This document shows, piece by piece, positions 12,452 to 25,796 of a stretch of DNA of 64,000 nt. The DNA comes from Octopus vulgaris (taxonomy: Eukaryota): assembly GCA_951406725.2 (NCBI GenBank), contig OX597820.1, forward strand, positions 18,538,001 through 18,602,000, given 5' to 3'. The notes under the pieces were generated by a model that did not search any database, was not told the origin of the DNA, and worked only from the letters and a program-made list of their open reading frames with translations. Within the stretch, counting starts at the first letter, position 1. Every line of letters begins with the position of its first letter. A program made the translations under genes and the position numbers.

Positions 12452-12452
<1 letters not shown>
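12043..12452 (-). mobile_element. Second Dong/R4-like subfamily, 3' end
   Basis: Minus strand reads KYKDLEIEISKM*NLKTKTIPVVIGALGMIAKGADCYLARIPGNPKMAEIQKIVL..ILSM*. Bounded by (TTA)n. Confidence 0.85.
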
Positions 12453-12489
<37 letters not shown>

Positions 12490-12649
12490 GTAACTTAAAA
12501 GCTGATGAGGTCATTCTATCAACGTGTGGACGCTGGTTCTTCTCGTTCATACTTTATCTTTAAATTTCTATAATTTTGAATTTTTATCACTTCTTATTTT
12601 GAACTTGACTGTTTAGCTTTGTGAAGAGTTACGTCGATCCTTTTTAAAA

Positions 12650-12699
<50 letters not shown>

Positions 12700-12704
<5 letters not shown>

Positions 12705-12828
12705 TAGTTTTATTTTTATAGCGTGCTTTCACTTCACTACCGAGCACAGCTCTGTGTGCCTTGGGTATGTGCTGTGATTTGTTGTGATGCTCTGATGGTT
12801 ATTGTATGGAAAGTGTTCTGCGTAGGTA
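12700..12828 (-). mobile_element. Third Dong/R4-like subfamily, 3' end
   Basis: Minus strand ..LRRTLSIQ* followed by a short UTR. Bounded by (TTA)n. Confidence 0.6.
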
Positions 12829-12949
12829 TTACTATTATTATTATTATTATTATTATTGTTGTTGTTATTATTTGCTTCTTTTTGTCTTGTTGGAAAATGT
12901 ATAGATTTTGTTAAGAGTTGTTAATGGCCATTATGTCAGGCTTCAGTTT

Positions 12950-13860
12950 ACTCCTGAAATTATTTCTAGTTTAATCCTTTTGTATTCCACAATATGAAAC
13001 TCAATATTGTCAAGAACCTCCTGAATCTAATCTAGAAACATTCCCTAACAGAATGGAAACATTCTAAACAATTTAACCAGCAAATCTGAAAAGTTAGTTA
13101 CAGTCGCATGACTAATACAGGGGACAGCATCCCAGGTACTAGGTATCTCGAACCACTAAATAGATGCTCCAAGCTTAATCAGTTCAGTGACATTTACCTG
13201 AATAATCTCCCAATTTAAGGATTGGAGAAAATGACCATAACTACTAAAAGAGTCATGCCCCTGTGACAATTTATGTAGAACTAAATTTCACTGATCGCCT
13301 AAGTAATGGTGTCACTCACAGGAGAAATACAACTACTAACATCATACATTGGAACATGTAGGAACAGGATCAAGAGGCAGTGCTTAAACCATAATTCTAC
13401 CTTTAGTCATTCAGACAAAAGTAACAGTATTATCATCAAACCATGTACAGCACTTGGCATCTGGTAGTACTTAATATTACCTGGTCTCTCACATTTCATA
13501 TTACCTGGTCTTTATTGAATGTCAGTAATTTCTGTGGCCTCTATGATGATAAACAATACTCTAACCTCACCAAGACAGCTGATACCTTAAGTACAAAATC
13601 AGAGTTAACATCTAAGTGCCATCATGAAAACAAGTTCATTCTTTCCCATCTCAACAGAACCATAGAACCTGGCTAAAACAAATATAAGCACCAGAAAAAC
13701 TGGAAGTTTATAAGCCATCAATTTGTATGCAAGACAAACTGGAAATCAACATTATGTTGAATAATACTAATAAGCTGTGACCAAGAGTAGTATTCAGTCT
13801 ACTAACCAGACTCATAGGAGAATAAAGACATAAAATCCTGAGTAACGGAATGTTGTTTGC
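12950..13860 (+). pseudogene. Possible highly decayed LINE RT remnant (CR1/Jockey-like)
   Basis: Only weak fragments resembling LG..I....W..HI and YK....LE near 13450-13750. Many stops. Confidence 0.25.
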
Positions 13861-14718
13861 TGGAACTATAACCTTATCTATTAAATATTTACTCTACTTA
13901 AAGTATTAAGTTCACCGTTACTTTGATCATAACATTACCATGTGGGTAGTGAAGTTGATAGACAGAAACAGTACAAGTTTGTTGTGTGTGTGTGTGCATG
14001 AGTGAGTGCATGTGCAAGTGTATGTGCAAGTGTATGTGTGTGTGTGCATATATGTGTGTGTATGTGTGTGTGTGCTCCACATAAAATGTCTGTGAGCCGT
14101 AATGAAGTTCATTTACATTTCTCTGCCAGTAAATCATTCTGTAGTTTTGTTCTTTCAAAGATGAGATAAATGAAAATTCCCATACTCAAAAAACATATAA
14201 AGGGTTAGATGTAGTGTGCAAAAAAAAAAAAAAGACTGTACCAGGGTGAACATGTGAGGATGTGTATGCATGTATGAGGGCAGGTGTATGTCATTTCTCA
14301 CTTCAGCTTTTCCTCAATGCCACTAATCTTTCTCACTTCCCAGAACCATTTCTCTTTATACTCATCCTTCATTTTTGATACTGTCCTCTCCACCCACATT
14401 TTACATTGATCACACACCCCCACCTCTGAGTCATCAAGTAATTTCTCCTTCTACCCCACTATACATCTCTCACTCTTCTCTTATATTACATCTGCTTTAC
14501 ATACCCCTACTCTTGTGACCTACCCAACTATGTGACATCTCTCACTGTCTTTGTGTATGTCTCTGTCTTTGTGTCTGTGTGCCTCTGTCTCTGTCTCTCT
14601 CTGTCTCTCTCTGTCTCTGTGTCTCTCTGTGTGTCTTTCTCTGTCTCTTTGTCTCTTTCTCTCTCTCTCTCTTTGTCTCTCTCTCTCCCTCTCTGTTGTC
14701 TATCTATCTGTCTGTCTC

Positions 14719-14768
<50 letters not shown>

Positions 14769-15708
14769 CTCATACTCCTATGCATCATTGGTCACCTGCC
14801 CATCCCTTATCTACCATTCACTACATACAACCCTTAACCTTCTCCAATCTCTACAGTTGTCACCTACTCTTCCCTCAGCACTTCTTCATTCATTATATCC
14901 ACCCTTTCACCTATTCCCCATCTCCTAGTCTCCCATACACTCTTGCAATCTCTGCCCACACTTCAGGCACCTTTGACCCTCTTCTACTTTGAAGAATAAC
15001 CTACTTATACTTTGAAGGACCACCCAGACACCACCATTTTTATACCTTTCCAGTTCCACCCCAATCAGTCCCACCCGTTCTTATAAAAAGTGAGTAGCCA
15101 GGTAGCCCCTCTACATCAAGAACCTGTTCTGCTTTGGCCCCTTCTCATAATTTTAACCCTGGCCTCATTATTTCCTTGTGCAAAGCCACCTTTCTAGGGG
15201 TTCATGGCCTTGCAAGCTTCAAAGCAACCTCACTAGTGCTGGTGCCATGACATAATTGCTAGGATTATCTTTCATCTCACTCTGATAAACATATTTTTTT
15301 AACACAGAAGAGTTTTTCTTTCAGACAAAATAAACAAAACAGAACATCATGACTTTCGTTAGTATTTTCTGATTCTTTTATATACATTAATTTTTATATC
15401 CTTTTACTTATTTCAGTTATTTGACTGCGACCATGCTGGAGCACTACTTTGAAAGGGTTTTAGTCGAATGAATTGACCCCCACCAGGACTATTTTAAGCC
15501 TATTACTTGCTCTATCAGTCTCACTAAGTTACAGGGACATAAACACACCAACACCGGTTGTCAAGTGGTGATGTGGGAGGGGGCGGAGACACAGACACAA
15601 CAACACACACACACATACATATATGCATATGACACCTGTGCATCTTTATTCATTTATATTTTATTTCCTTACCCTGGATTCTGCAATTCGGAAATATTAT
15701 AGAAAATA

Positions 15709-17887
15709 TCAGGTCATCCCATAAGTTCCGTCCGAATTTTGAATAAAGAAAACAAGTGATCAAATGTTATATTTAATTGAAATTTAATCATCAATGTACT
15801 TTCCCTGATTATCTATGACTTCCATCTATTTACAAGCTTTTTAATCCCATCAGTATAAAACTCTTTTGGTTTCAAAGCGAAGAACTCTGAAATGTCAATT
15901 TCAACCTCCTCCTGGCTTGCGAAAGTTATGTCCCCCAAATGAATCTGTAAATTATGAAACAAATGGTAGTCTGAATGAGCAAGGTCGGGAGAATAAGGTG
16001 GATGAGGAATTTTTTCCCAACCTAGCTCTTCGATCTTCTGTGATGTGATCTTTGCAGTGTGGGGTTGTGCATTGTCCTGATGAAACATCACGGATCTTTT
16101 CAATTCTGAAGCCAGGACCACAGATCTTTCTACTTAACTAAATATTCTGAAACTTCGTATGCTGATAGAGTCTAGCAAAACAAGACACAGGTTGGAACTA
16201 GTTTATTTGAGAAAAATCTATTTTATGACTTTAATCGTAGATTAAAACTGCGAATTTTAACCAATCAGATTGTTTGTTTTCATGTGTAAAACTTGACTGC
16301 ATTCTATTAGTGTGACGTAGAAAGCGCTTTTGTGACGTACTAACGTTCGGAAAACTGTAAACAAACACAGAATGTAACGGCAGACGAAATACGGCTACGC
16401 ATTTCGCCTGGCGTGCTAACGTTTCTGCCAGCTCTTTGCTTTTTTAATATTAAATTTCTTGCCTTTTGCACAAATAAATACAATAAGTGAAATGAAACGC
16501 ATTAGCTTAGAAACGAAATCTTGTTAGAAGCCTCGTCACTGAGATGCCACTTCTTAATAGCAACGAAAGCAAGTACTAACAGAATGGAAACATTTTCAAT
16601 TTAATACATGTGGCTTATTAACTAGTTTTAAATATTGTTATTAGAAGGTGGCTGACTATAGGATCCTGGAAACATGAGTACGTTAAATAATTAGAAGGAG
16701 ATTTCACGGAGACATGCGGCTTGTTTACATTTAAGATGTTTAATACGTCACCAAATTGGTGGTTGAGACAGAGTAAATAAAATAAAGCCGAATGACGGAA
16801 TATCATTGGTTAAAATTCTAATTATTAAACAACGTTAAACTTAGAAGTTACAATTCCATTTTCATTCTGGTTTACAATTAAGTTTACTTTTGACACATTC
16901 TACCAGTATACGAAGTTTCAAATTGTTTGGTTCAGTAGGAAAAATTTGAAAAAACTGGCTTCAGAATTGAAAAGATCCAACATCACTCCTTTTTAATTCA
17001 CTAAAGCAGGTCATATTTTCTTCAAAGCTTGGTTCAAATGCTCTAATTGCTGACAGTAGACTTGAGCATTGATTGTTGCATTAGGTGGTAACAATTCAAA
17101 GTGAATTACTCCTTTGCAATCCCACCAGAAGAACCTTTTTCCCATGAAGTTCCCTTCTCAGTTGCGGTTGAGCTTTTTCACTTTTACCAGGCCACTGTTT
17201 AGAATGGTTAACATTTTGATAGAAGATCCATTTTTCGTCACCAGTCACAAGTCTATCCAAAAAGGGTGAAATGAGTTCGTGAGAATGGAGAGAAGAGCAA
17301 ATGTCAACTCAGGATTTGCGGTTGCTTTCGGACAATTCACGAGGCACCCATTTTCCATTTTCCAAGTTTAAGAACCTTTCCAAGTTGTTGAAGATAACGA
17401 TGAACAGTTGTATGGTTTGAACTAATCTTTATTGCCAATTCTTCAACTGATAATGCAGGATTTTCTTCAAGCAATGCCTTAAGGAGCTTATCATCAAACT
17501 CAACTGGACATCCTGTTCGATCTTCATCTTCAAGGCTGAAATCTCCACTTCTGAATTTCACAAACCATCTTCTGCAAGTTCTTTCATTCAAGCATTCTTT
17601 CCCATAAACTGAGTGTATGTTTCGAGTCGCTTCGGCTGCAGAGTTTCCTGTTTTTGTACTCATAAAGCATTATGTGCCTCAAATGCTCTTTGGATACTTC
17701 CATGTTAGAAAGTGTTTTAATCAAAGAAATTTTAATTCTATTATTCTGTAAAATAATACTTAATTAGTTTAAATGTATACAAATGCATAAAAATAATTTT
17801 TAATTCCATTAGATATTCTAAAATACTATTAAATTTCATTCAATTTTAAAAAAGGTAAAATCGGACACAATTTATGGGATGACCTGA
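15709..17887 (-). mobile_element. Full-length decayed mariner (D,D34D) transposon interrupted by a MITE
   Basis: TIR TCAGGTCATCCCATAA..GTCCGA at both ends with TA TSDs (15707-8, 17888-9). Transposase from ATG ~17703: MEVSKEHLRH..SAAEATRNI..VTGDEKW..HQDNAQPH..HPPYSPDLAHSDYHLF. Frameshifts and stops. Confidence 0.95.
16092..16978. mobile_element. 887-bp non-autonomous DNA transposon, 24-bp perfect TIR, 8-bp TSD (Merlin-like GG ends; superfamily uncertain)
   Basis: GGATCTTTTCAATTCTGAAGCCAG / CTGGCTTCAGAATTGAAAAGATCC. TSD AACATCAC at 16084-16091 and 16979-16986. Imperfect IR extends ~110 bp. Confidence 0.9.
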
Positions 17888-17908
17888 TACTTTTATATAA
17901 CATACATG

Positions 17909-18073
17909 TAGGCATAGGAGTGGCTGTGTAGTGAGTAGCTTGCTTACCAACCACATGGTCCTGGGGCTCAGTCTCAGTGCGTGGCACCTTGGGCAAGTGT
18001 CTTCTACTATAGCCTCAGGCAGACCAAAGCTTTGTGAGTGGATTTGGTAGACGGAAATTAAAGAAGCCTGCCG

Positions 18074-18106
<33 letters not shown>

Positions 18107-18237
18107 ATATGTTCGTGTGTCTGTGTCCCCCCCATCATGTGACAACCAATGTTGGTCTGCTTACGTCCCCATAACTTAGCAGTTCAACAAAAGAGACCAA
18201 TAGAATAAGTACTAGGCTCACAAAGAATAAGTCCTGA
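17909..18237 (+). mobile_element. SINE family B, followed by an inverted B head at 18240-18402
   Basis: AGGAGTGGCTGTGT..CAGT..GGCACCTTGGGCAAGTGTCTT..TTGTGAGTGGATTTGGTAGACGGAAA. Confidence 0.9.
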
Positions 18238-19243
18238 ATATGACAGGCATCTTTCAGTTTCCATCAAACAAATTCACTCACAAGGCTTTGTTCGGCTCAA
18301 GCCTATAATCAAAGACACTTGCCCAAAGTGACACTGGGACTGAACTCGGAACCATGTGGTTGGGAAGTAATCTTCTTACCACACAGGCCACGCCAGCGCC
18401 TATGTTGAAGACTATTTCAGTTTTATGTTCTTTTGATTGTGCAAAATGTGTTGTGTGTGTGTGTGTGTGTGTGTGTGTGATAGTTGGCAGTGGAAGATAG
18501 AGATGGCATTGGTCGTAGAGGTGGCAGTGGTGGTGGTGGTGGTGGTGGTGGTGATGGCGGTAGTGATGGTCATGGCGGTGGTGAAGGTGGTGGTGATGGT
18601 GGTGATGATGATAATGATGACGATAATGATGATGGTGGTGGTGGTGGTGATGGTGGTGGTATTAGATGTCACAGTTGTTTAACCCTTGGTCAACCACGGT
18701 TGAACAGAACCATGATCAAAGACGTTCCAGACATCCGTAACCATCCAATCTATTCTAGGGATATCAGCGACTATATTATGCGCTAAATGTATCTTGCCCT
18801 TTTCAGAAGACAAAAAGAATATAGCATTGATTTGAGATTTGGCTGCTATTTCTACCTGGTCAAGCAACATTATAGAAACTTCCTCGTTGGCTTGGTCCAA
18901 ATATCAGGGACACCTTTACTCGTAGTAGTAGTGGTGGTTGTGGTGGTGGTGGTGGTGGCGGTAACACCAGCAGCAGCAGCAGCAGGAGGATGAGGAGGGG
19001 GAGGAGGGAGGAGGAGGAGAGGGTGAGCAGGGTTTATATGGTGCCTTTTACATAAAGGAACCCTCAAAAAAAGGTAAACCTGGTGTGACAGGCTTAGATT
19101 TGCAGAGGAATGTACGTCTGCTTGTCTGCCTGCATGTCTACATAAAAAAGAAAGTAGACACACACACACACACACACATATACATACACACACACATGTG
19201 TATGAGTGTTTGTGTACATTCATACATATATCTATATAAATAT

Positions 19244-19276
<33 letters not shown>

Positions 19277-19299
19277 GAGAGAGAGAAGAGGTGTGTGTT

Positions 19300-19670
19300 T
19301 GTGTGTATACGTGCATGTGTATGTGTGAGAGAGAGTGTGTGTGCATGTGTATGTGTGAGAGAGAGTGTGTGCATGTGTGTGTGTGTGTATGTGAGAGAGA
19401 CTGTGTGTGCATGTGTATGTGTGAGAGAGAGTGTGTGTGCATGTGTGTGTATGTAAGAGAGAGTGTGTGTGCATGTGTGTGTATGTAAGAGAGAGTGTGT
19501 GTGCATGTGTATGTGTGAGAGAGAGTATGTGTGCATGTGTATGTGTGAGAGAGAGTGTGTGTGCATGTGTATGTGTGAGAGAGAGTGTGTGTGCATGTGT
19601 ATGTGTGAGAGAGAGTGTGTGTGCATGTGTATGTGTGAGAGAGAGTGTGTGTGCATGTGTATGTGAGAGA
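19300..19670. repeat. 28-bp minisatellite built from microsatellite motifs (GTGTGTGCATGTGTATGTGTGAGAGAGA)
   Basis: About a dozen units visible. A similar looser array lies at 61410-62250. Confidence 0.85.
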
Positions 19671-20260
19671 GAGAGAGGAGAGAGTGTGTATGTGTGCGTG
19701 TGTGTGTATTTGTGAGAGAATGTGTGCATGTCTTTGCGTGTGTGTGTGTGTGTGTGTGCATAATGGATAGGTAGATACAGAGGGTGTGTGTGCATGTGTG
19801 TGAGAGGGAGAGAAAGAGAGGCACTGGAAGGAAGAGAGTTAGAAGAGGAGAGAGAAAAAAAGAGAAGGGAACTGTTAAAAACCAGTCTCCCTCCCTCCCT
19901 CCCTCCCTCTATCTCACCCCCTCCCCCCGCCGTACCATTAACCATTATCACTATTGCTAGCACAACAACCACAACATTCACCCCCACCACCACCACCACC
20001 ATCACCACCCCCAACTCTCTAGGTAGGCAGCATAAAAAAAAGGGGTGGGGTCAGACACCTCTGCCACCCCCACCCCCACCACCACCACCATCATCATCAC
20101 CATCGTCGTCACTGAAAAGGACTAAACAAGGGTGGACGGTGGGGTGGGTGGGGGGGGGGGTGGAGGAAGTGTGAAAAGGAAAGGAGAGAGAGAGAAAAAT
20201 CACACATGCACACTCACACACACACACACACACACACATGTAGACCCCCCCCTCTCTCTA

Positions 20261-20300
<40 letters not shown>

Positions 20301-20653
20301 ACATGCACACCCCCTGTTTCTGTCTCTGTCTGTCTCTCTCTCTCTCGTTCTCTCCCTTTCTCTCTCACTTTCTCACTCTCTCTGTCTATTTCTTTCTCTC
20401 TCTCTCTCAAACTATTGAACATATGCCTCACCTCCCCCTCCACACACACACATATACACACATGCACAAACAAAGATTCTCACACACACACACACTCTTT
20501 TCACAGACACACACACACCCTCCTGTATCTATCTACCTATCCATTACACATGCACACACACACACACATGTACACACAGACACAATCTCTCTCTCTCACA
20601 TACACACACCCTTCTCTCTCTCTCTTTTACACACACATACACACACACACCAT

Positions 20654-20698
<45 letters not shown>

Positions 20699-21439
20699 CT
20701 ATCTGTCACATGCACACATACATACACACACATACACACAGATGTGCACACGCGCTTGCAAAATCTCTTTCTCTCTCTCTCTCTCTCTCTATCTATCAAT
20801 CTCTCTATCTGGCACATGCACACATGCATACACACACACACACACATACACACATCTCTTCTTTCTCTTTCTTTATCTCTCTCTCTATCTATCTATCTAT
20901 CTATCTATCTCTCACGCACACACATTTGCATATACAGATACACACACACATGAATCCTTCCACCCCCAACAACTATGGCGGCGGGGAGGGCAGTTAGGTA
21001 AGGGAGGAGACTGGAGACAGGGAAGGAATACTTGGGTTAAGACAGGGAAACCTCCTCCCCTCCCCGCCGGCATCTCCCCTTCCCCCAGCACCTCCAACGC
21101 CACCCTTTTCCCTTCTTCATAAGAAAAAAAGACAAAAACAAACAAAGAAAAAGAAAACAAAGAAAAACATTGCATACTTTAGAAACCTGAAGTGGTGGGA
21201 AGGGGGAAGATAGAGTTCTGTGGAAACCTAAGAAAAAAAACAGGCATAACCTTATACCATTACTAACAGGAGGAGCCTTTAAAATAGGGCACACTTGATA
21301 AAGCCAGCCCCTAATTTTTTTCTTTCTCCATACCCCCTTATCTGCGGCCACACCCTTTTCTCTCCCCCACCCTGCTCCTCCCTTTCTTTTTTAGTTATTC
21401 CCTTCTGTTTACTACCTTTATTTCTTCATGGTCCCTTAT

Positions 21440-21800
21440 GTCTTGCTACAAACTCCCTTATTTTGTCTAAACCCTTTTGTTTAAACTATTTCTTTTATTT
21501 CTGCTAACTCCCTATTTTTCCCTACTAATTTCTTTCAGTTTACTACTTTCACTTCTTCTTAGTACCCTCATTTTCTACAAACACCTTTACTTCCACAAAC
21601 TCCCTAATTTTTTCTGAGCCCTTTTCTTTTAACCACTTCTCCCATTTTTCTTACTAATTCCTTTCAGTTGACTACATTTATTTCTTCTAAGTCCCCTCAT
21701 TTTCTGCAAGCACCCTTACTTCCCAAAACTCCTTAATTTTTCTGAGCCCCTTTCTTTTAACTTTTTTTTATTCCAGCTAATTCCCTCCCTACTAATTCTC
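21440..21800. repeat. Pyrimidine-rich ~130-150-bp diverged tandem repeat (about 3 units)
   Basis: AAACTCCCTAATTTTT.CTGAGCCC.TTTCTTTTAAC and CTACTAATT.CTTTCAGTT.ACTAC recur. Confidence 0.65.
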
Positions 21801-22619
21801 TTCTATTTACTAAATTTCACTTCCTTCATTTCTTCTCCTTTTCATTCTTCAACTGACTCCCTAATTTCTTCTCCATTCCCTTTTCTTTCTATCCCTCTAT
21901 TAAATCAATTCATTCTACAGATCCCTTTATTTTTAACTCCCTTTTTAATTTCTAACTCCCTTATTTCTAAAAACTCTCAACTTTCTTCTACCCACCAACC
22001 ATTTTTTCTGCTAACCCCCTTTTCTGTTAACCCCACTTTTTTTACTGCTAACGCCCTTTTTTTTCTACAAATTCCCTTATTTCTTCTTAGTCCTTTTTTT
22101 TCCTTACTTAACCCCCTTTTTTTCTGTTAAATCTCCTTTTTCTACAAACTCCCTTCTCACCTCGTCTAAACCTCAAACACCTTCTGTGTACACACACACA
22201 TACACACATATGCCCACAACACTCTCCCTCTCACAAAACCCTTCCTCACCCTACTACTACCACCAATCAGGGTTCTTCTCCCTATCAACTCCCTTTTGCT
22301 CTGCCTGCCATTCCATGTCCCCCCTCCTCTACACCACCCCTACCTCTAGCCATTGTAATCTTCCAATTAACATCCACACCACAATGATTACCACCTACCT
22401 TCATCCCCTCACACATACACACACACATCGCCTTCACCTCCATTAGAACCTGGCACCTTCACCACCAGCCATCACCGCCACCACCACTACCTCCTGTCAT
22501 CATCATCATCATCATTATCATCATCACCAATACCGTCATCGGCTTCTGCTGCTGCTGCAATCCTGTTCTCCAATACCATAAAAAATCAAGCCATAGATTG
22601 CAGACTTTAAGGTTGAAAT

Positions 22620-23430
22620 CAGTCAGAGAAGCGAGAGGGAGTGGAGGCGAGGAGGAAGGGATAGATAGAGAACTACAGACGGAGAATGAAGAGGAAAATA
22701 GAGAGAGAACACGTTAGAGAGAGAGAGAGAGAAAGAGCGCGCGCGAGAGAGAGAGATAAAGAGAGGACGAGTGGTTGAAAGGAAAAGAGAGACAGAGGTG
22801 AAATGAAGACAAACAGAGAGAGAGAGGGTATTAGCTGATTCACAATAGGAGATTGTTGAAGAGGGAGAGAGAAACAAAGGCAGAGAGAGAGAGAAAGGAA
22901 GAGAGTGAGAGAGATAAAGAGGAAAGTAGTGAGAGAAAGAGATACAGGGAAAGAAAGTGAGAAATAGAGCGAAAATGAAAGAGAAGAAGAGAGAGAGGAG
23001 AAAATAAGAAGAACATTGATTGAGAAGGAATTGAGAGCTCCTTCACAATAAGAGATAGTGAGAGAGAGAGAGGGGGAAGAAAAGAGATAGACAAATAGAC
23101 AGAGAGAGGGAGATGGAGGGAGTGAGATACAAGAGTGACAGACCGACAGGCAGACGTGGAAGGAAAGGGAAGGAGAAATAGAAGAGAAAATAAGGTAAAT
23201 AAGGTGAGAGGGAATTGAGAGCTCATTGACAATAAGAGATTGAGAGAGTGGGAAAGAGTGAGATGGGAAAGACACGAGAGAGAAAGGCAGAGACAAGAGG
23301 GACAGACTGACAGATAGAAAGAAGATGAAAGGGACAGAGAGAGAGAGAGAGAAGGAAGGAAGACAATCAGTAAGAGCTTACTATGAGCTTATTCACAATA
23401 AGAAATTGGAAAGGAAAGAGTAAGAGAGAC

Positions 23431-23469
<39 letters not shown>

Positions 23470-23870
23470 CAAACTCAAAGGCAGATATAGTTTCAAAGAA
23501 AGAGACGAACGGAGAGGAAGAGACACGAAAAGAGAGAGAAAGAAACACGAGAGAGAGACACGAAAAGAGAGAGAGAAAAACACGAAAAGAGAGAGAAAGA
23601 AACACGAAAAGAGAGAAAGAGGGAGAGAGAGAGAGAGAGACGAAGAGAGAGAGAGGGAGAGAGAGAGAGAGAGAAACACAGAGACAGATAGATAGATATA
23701 GATACAAAGAGAGAAACAGACGGAGAGGAAGAGAGAGAGTCAGAGAGAGAGAGAGTGTGTGTGTGTGTGTGTGTGTGACAGAGTGACAAGGAGAGCGACA
23801 ATGAAGCAGACAGAAACAGAGAGACAGACAGACGGGCAGACAGACAGGCAGACAGACAGGAGCAAAGAGA
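22620..23870. repeat. Polypurine (GA-rich) tract with recurring TTCACAATAAGAGAT and ACACGAAAAGAGAG motifs
   Basis: Directly visible. Confidence 0.8.
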
Positions 23871-24407
23871 GAGTTTTACTGATTAGCTGCGATGTCATGA
23901 GAGAATATTTTTGAATCGCGAATAGTAGTAGGCCCATTCCCAGAATGCATTTCAAAGTACAAGGCATTAAAGCGGCGAGTGTATATATCTTTTAGCTGTA
24001 CCGATAACAGTAGTAGTAATAGTAGTAGTAGTGGTGGTGGTGGTAGTGGTGGTGCTGGTGATGGTCATGGTGATATTGGTTGTGGTGGTGGTGTTGGCGA
24101 AGGTGTCGAAGCACTGGATTAGCTTGGACAGATTGTTTGTTACTTGTCGTTCTTTATGTGTTATACACTAAAACAGCGAAGAAAAATACACGAGAGATAA
24201 ATGAATAAAGAAGATAATTTTTGGGTTTTTTCCCCCCCCCCTCTTTTATCTATTTTTCCTTTAATAAATGAAAATGTGTAGGATTTCAAATATCTATTTT
24301 ACTATTTCGCTGCTGTTGTTTCTTTTCAGCCAAGGTCTTCTTATTTTGATAATATTTCTATCCATACATACATATATGTATGTATACATGTGTATGTATG
24401 TGTATAC

Positions 24408-24453
<46 letters not shown>

Positions 24454-24469
24454 ATGTATGTATGTATAT

Positions 24470-25203
24470 CATTTTTCAGTTTATTTCAAAATGTCTTGCC
24501 AATATTGAAAGAACCGGTTTCTAACCTAGATCCAAGGCTCCTTCACTGGAATTTCAACATCAACAACAGGGTATTTTTGTTTATATGTATGTATGTATGT
24601 GCAGATTTGTATGTTTTATGTATGTATTCTCATGAATACAGTTACATATCTAGATATACACTTATATATTTAAATGCTAAACTTCTGGAAAGTTTTACAG
24701 ATTTTTACAGTTCCAGTGATGGATCGCATCTGTAGTCTTCGGATTAACTTTCTCCTTTCTGGTTTTGTGAAACTTAATTTCTCAAAACTGGTTTTTAGGC
24801 AGTGTGTTACATATCCCAGGGCCTCAATAATTACAGGTATAAACCTGAACTTGTAATCTGGATAGAGTAACTGCAGATTTCTCAATAGTTCAGCATAGGT
24901 TTTCGCTTTTTCATTGGTCTTCAGCTTTATGTTAACATCCGTTGGGCAGCTAATTTCCACAACTGTGCACAGTTTCTCTTCTCCATCCCAAATCATTATG
25001 TCAGGCCTGTTGTGCTTACATTTTATTGAGGTCTTCACTGGTACATTACACCAGTATTCCTTTTTATTATGAGCGGCTATGGCTTCTACCATACTGTGAG
25101 TTCTTATTTCTTTGCCCTCGGGATTATCCTTCCAATGGATTTCATTATAGAGTGTCCTAGCTACAATGTCATGTCTCATCAGTAGATAATACTGTGATGA
25201 CAT
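24470..25203 (-). mobile_element. 5'-truncated restriction-like-endonuclease LINE (R4-like) in a (TACA)n microsatellite
   Basis: ORF 24670-25338 C-terminal part: MRHDIVA..NRPDIMIWD..VVEISCP..K..Y..IPVIIEALG. (TATG)n on both flanks. Confidence 0.85.
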
Positions 25204-25229
25204 GTATGTATGTATGTATGTATGTATGT

Positions 25230-25440
25230 CAGGGCAGGATCGCCGTGATCTATAGCACAATCCAAAGATCCCCAAAATGTTCAATGCCATTCCCTGCATA
25301 TCTGGTTTTATATCAGAGTGACCTTCTCTTAGAGACATGCTTTAACAAAAGCTGAGGGACGCCTCACTCCCAGTGGTCTTTCAGCACGCCGGACACCACC
25401 CCGGAATTTCTACGTACCCGTACTAACATTTATTGGATGG
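25230..25440 (-). mobile_element. Fragment resembling an RTE-type LINE 5' UTR
   Basis: Minus strand AGCATGTCTCTAAGAGAAGGTCACTCTGATATAAAACC resembles the CTAGGAGAAGGAAAACTCTGAATTCAAACC-type motif I recall from RTE leaders. Confidence 0.35.
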
Positions 25441-25443
25441 CCG

Positions 25444-25780
25444 TTGACTCTCAAGGCCTGTGATATGCAGGACACTGACTGGGAGAACAATGCCTGTCAT
25501 CACCACAGATGGAGGAAGCAGGTTAAGGAGGGGATCGACACTTTTGAGAGAGCACGTATCCAGCATGAAGAACTTAAGCGAGCTGCACGAAAGCGCACGG
25601 CTTGTATAATGAATGGAGAAAGCTTGGTCTGCAATGTTTGCAGTCGTGTATGCTTGTCAAGAGCAGGGCTCATTAGCCACCAACAGAGCCACAAATGCAA
25701 AATATAAGTTAGTCTTAGAGCGCACAATGTTCCTGAAGGTCGGCAATAGTCTTCCTCGGTCACGAGTGGACGGCTATCAT
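25444..25780 (+). mobile_element. RTE/BovB-type LINE 3' end with C-terminal zinc finger
   Basis: ORF 25444-25707: WENNA..RWRKQVKEGIDTFE..CNVCSRVCLSRAGLISHQQSH. Confidence 0.8.
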
Positions 25781-25796
25781 GTCGGGGTGGGGAGGC

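Noticed and set aside
12500-12540. Hammerhead at CTGATGAGGTC
   Set aside because: No GAAA box or stems I and III downstream.
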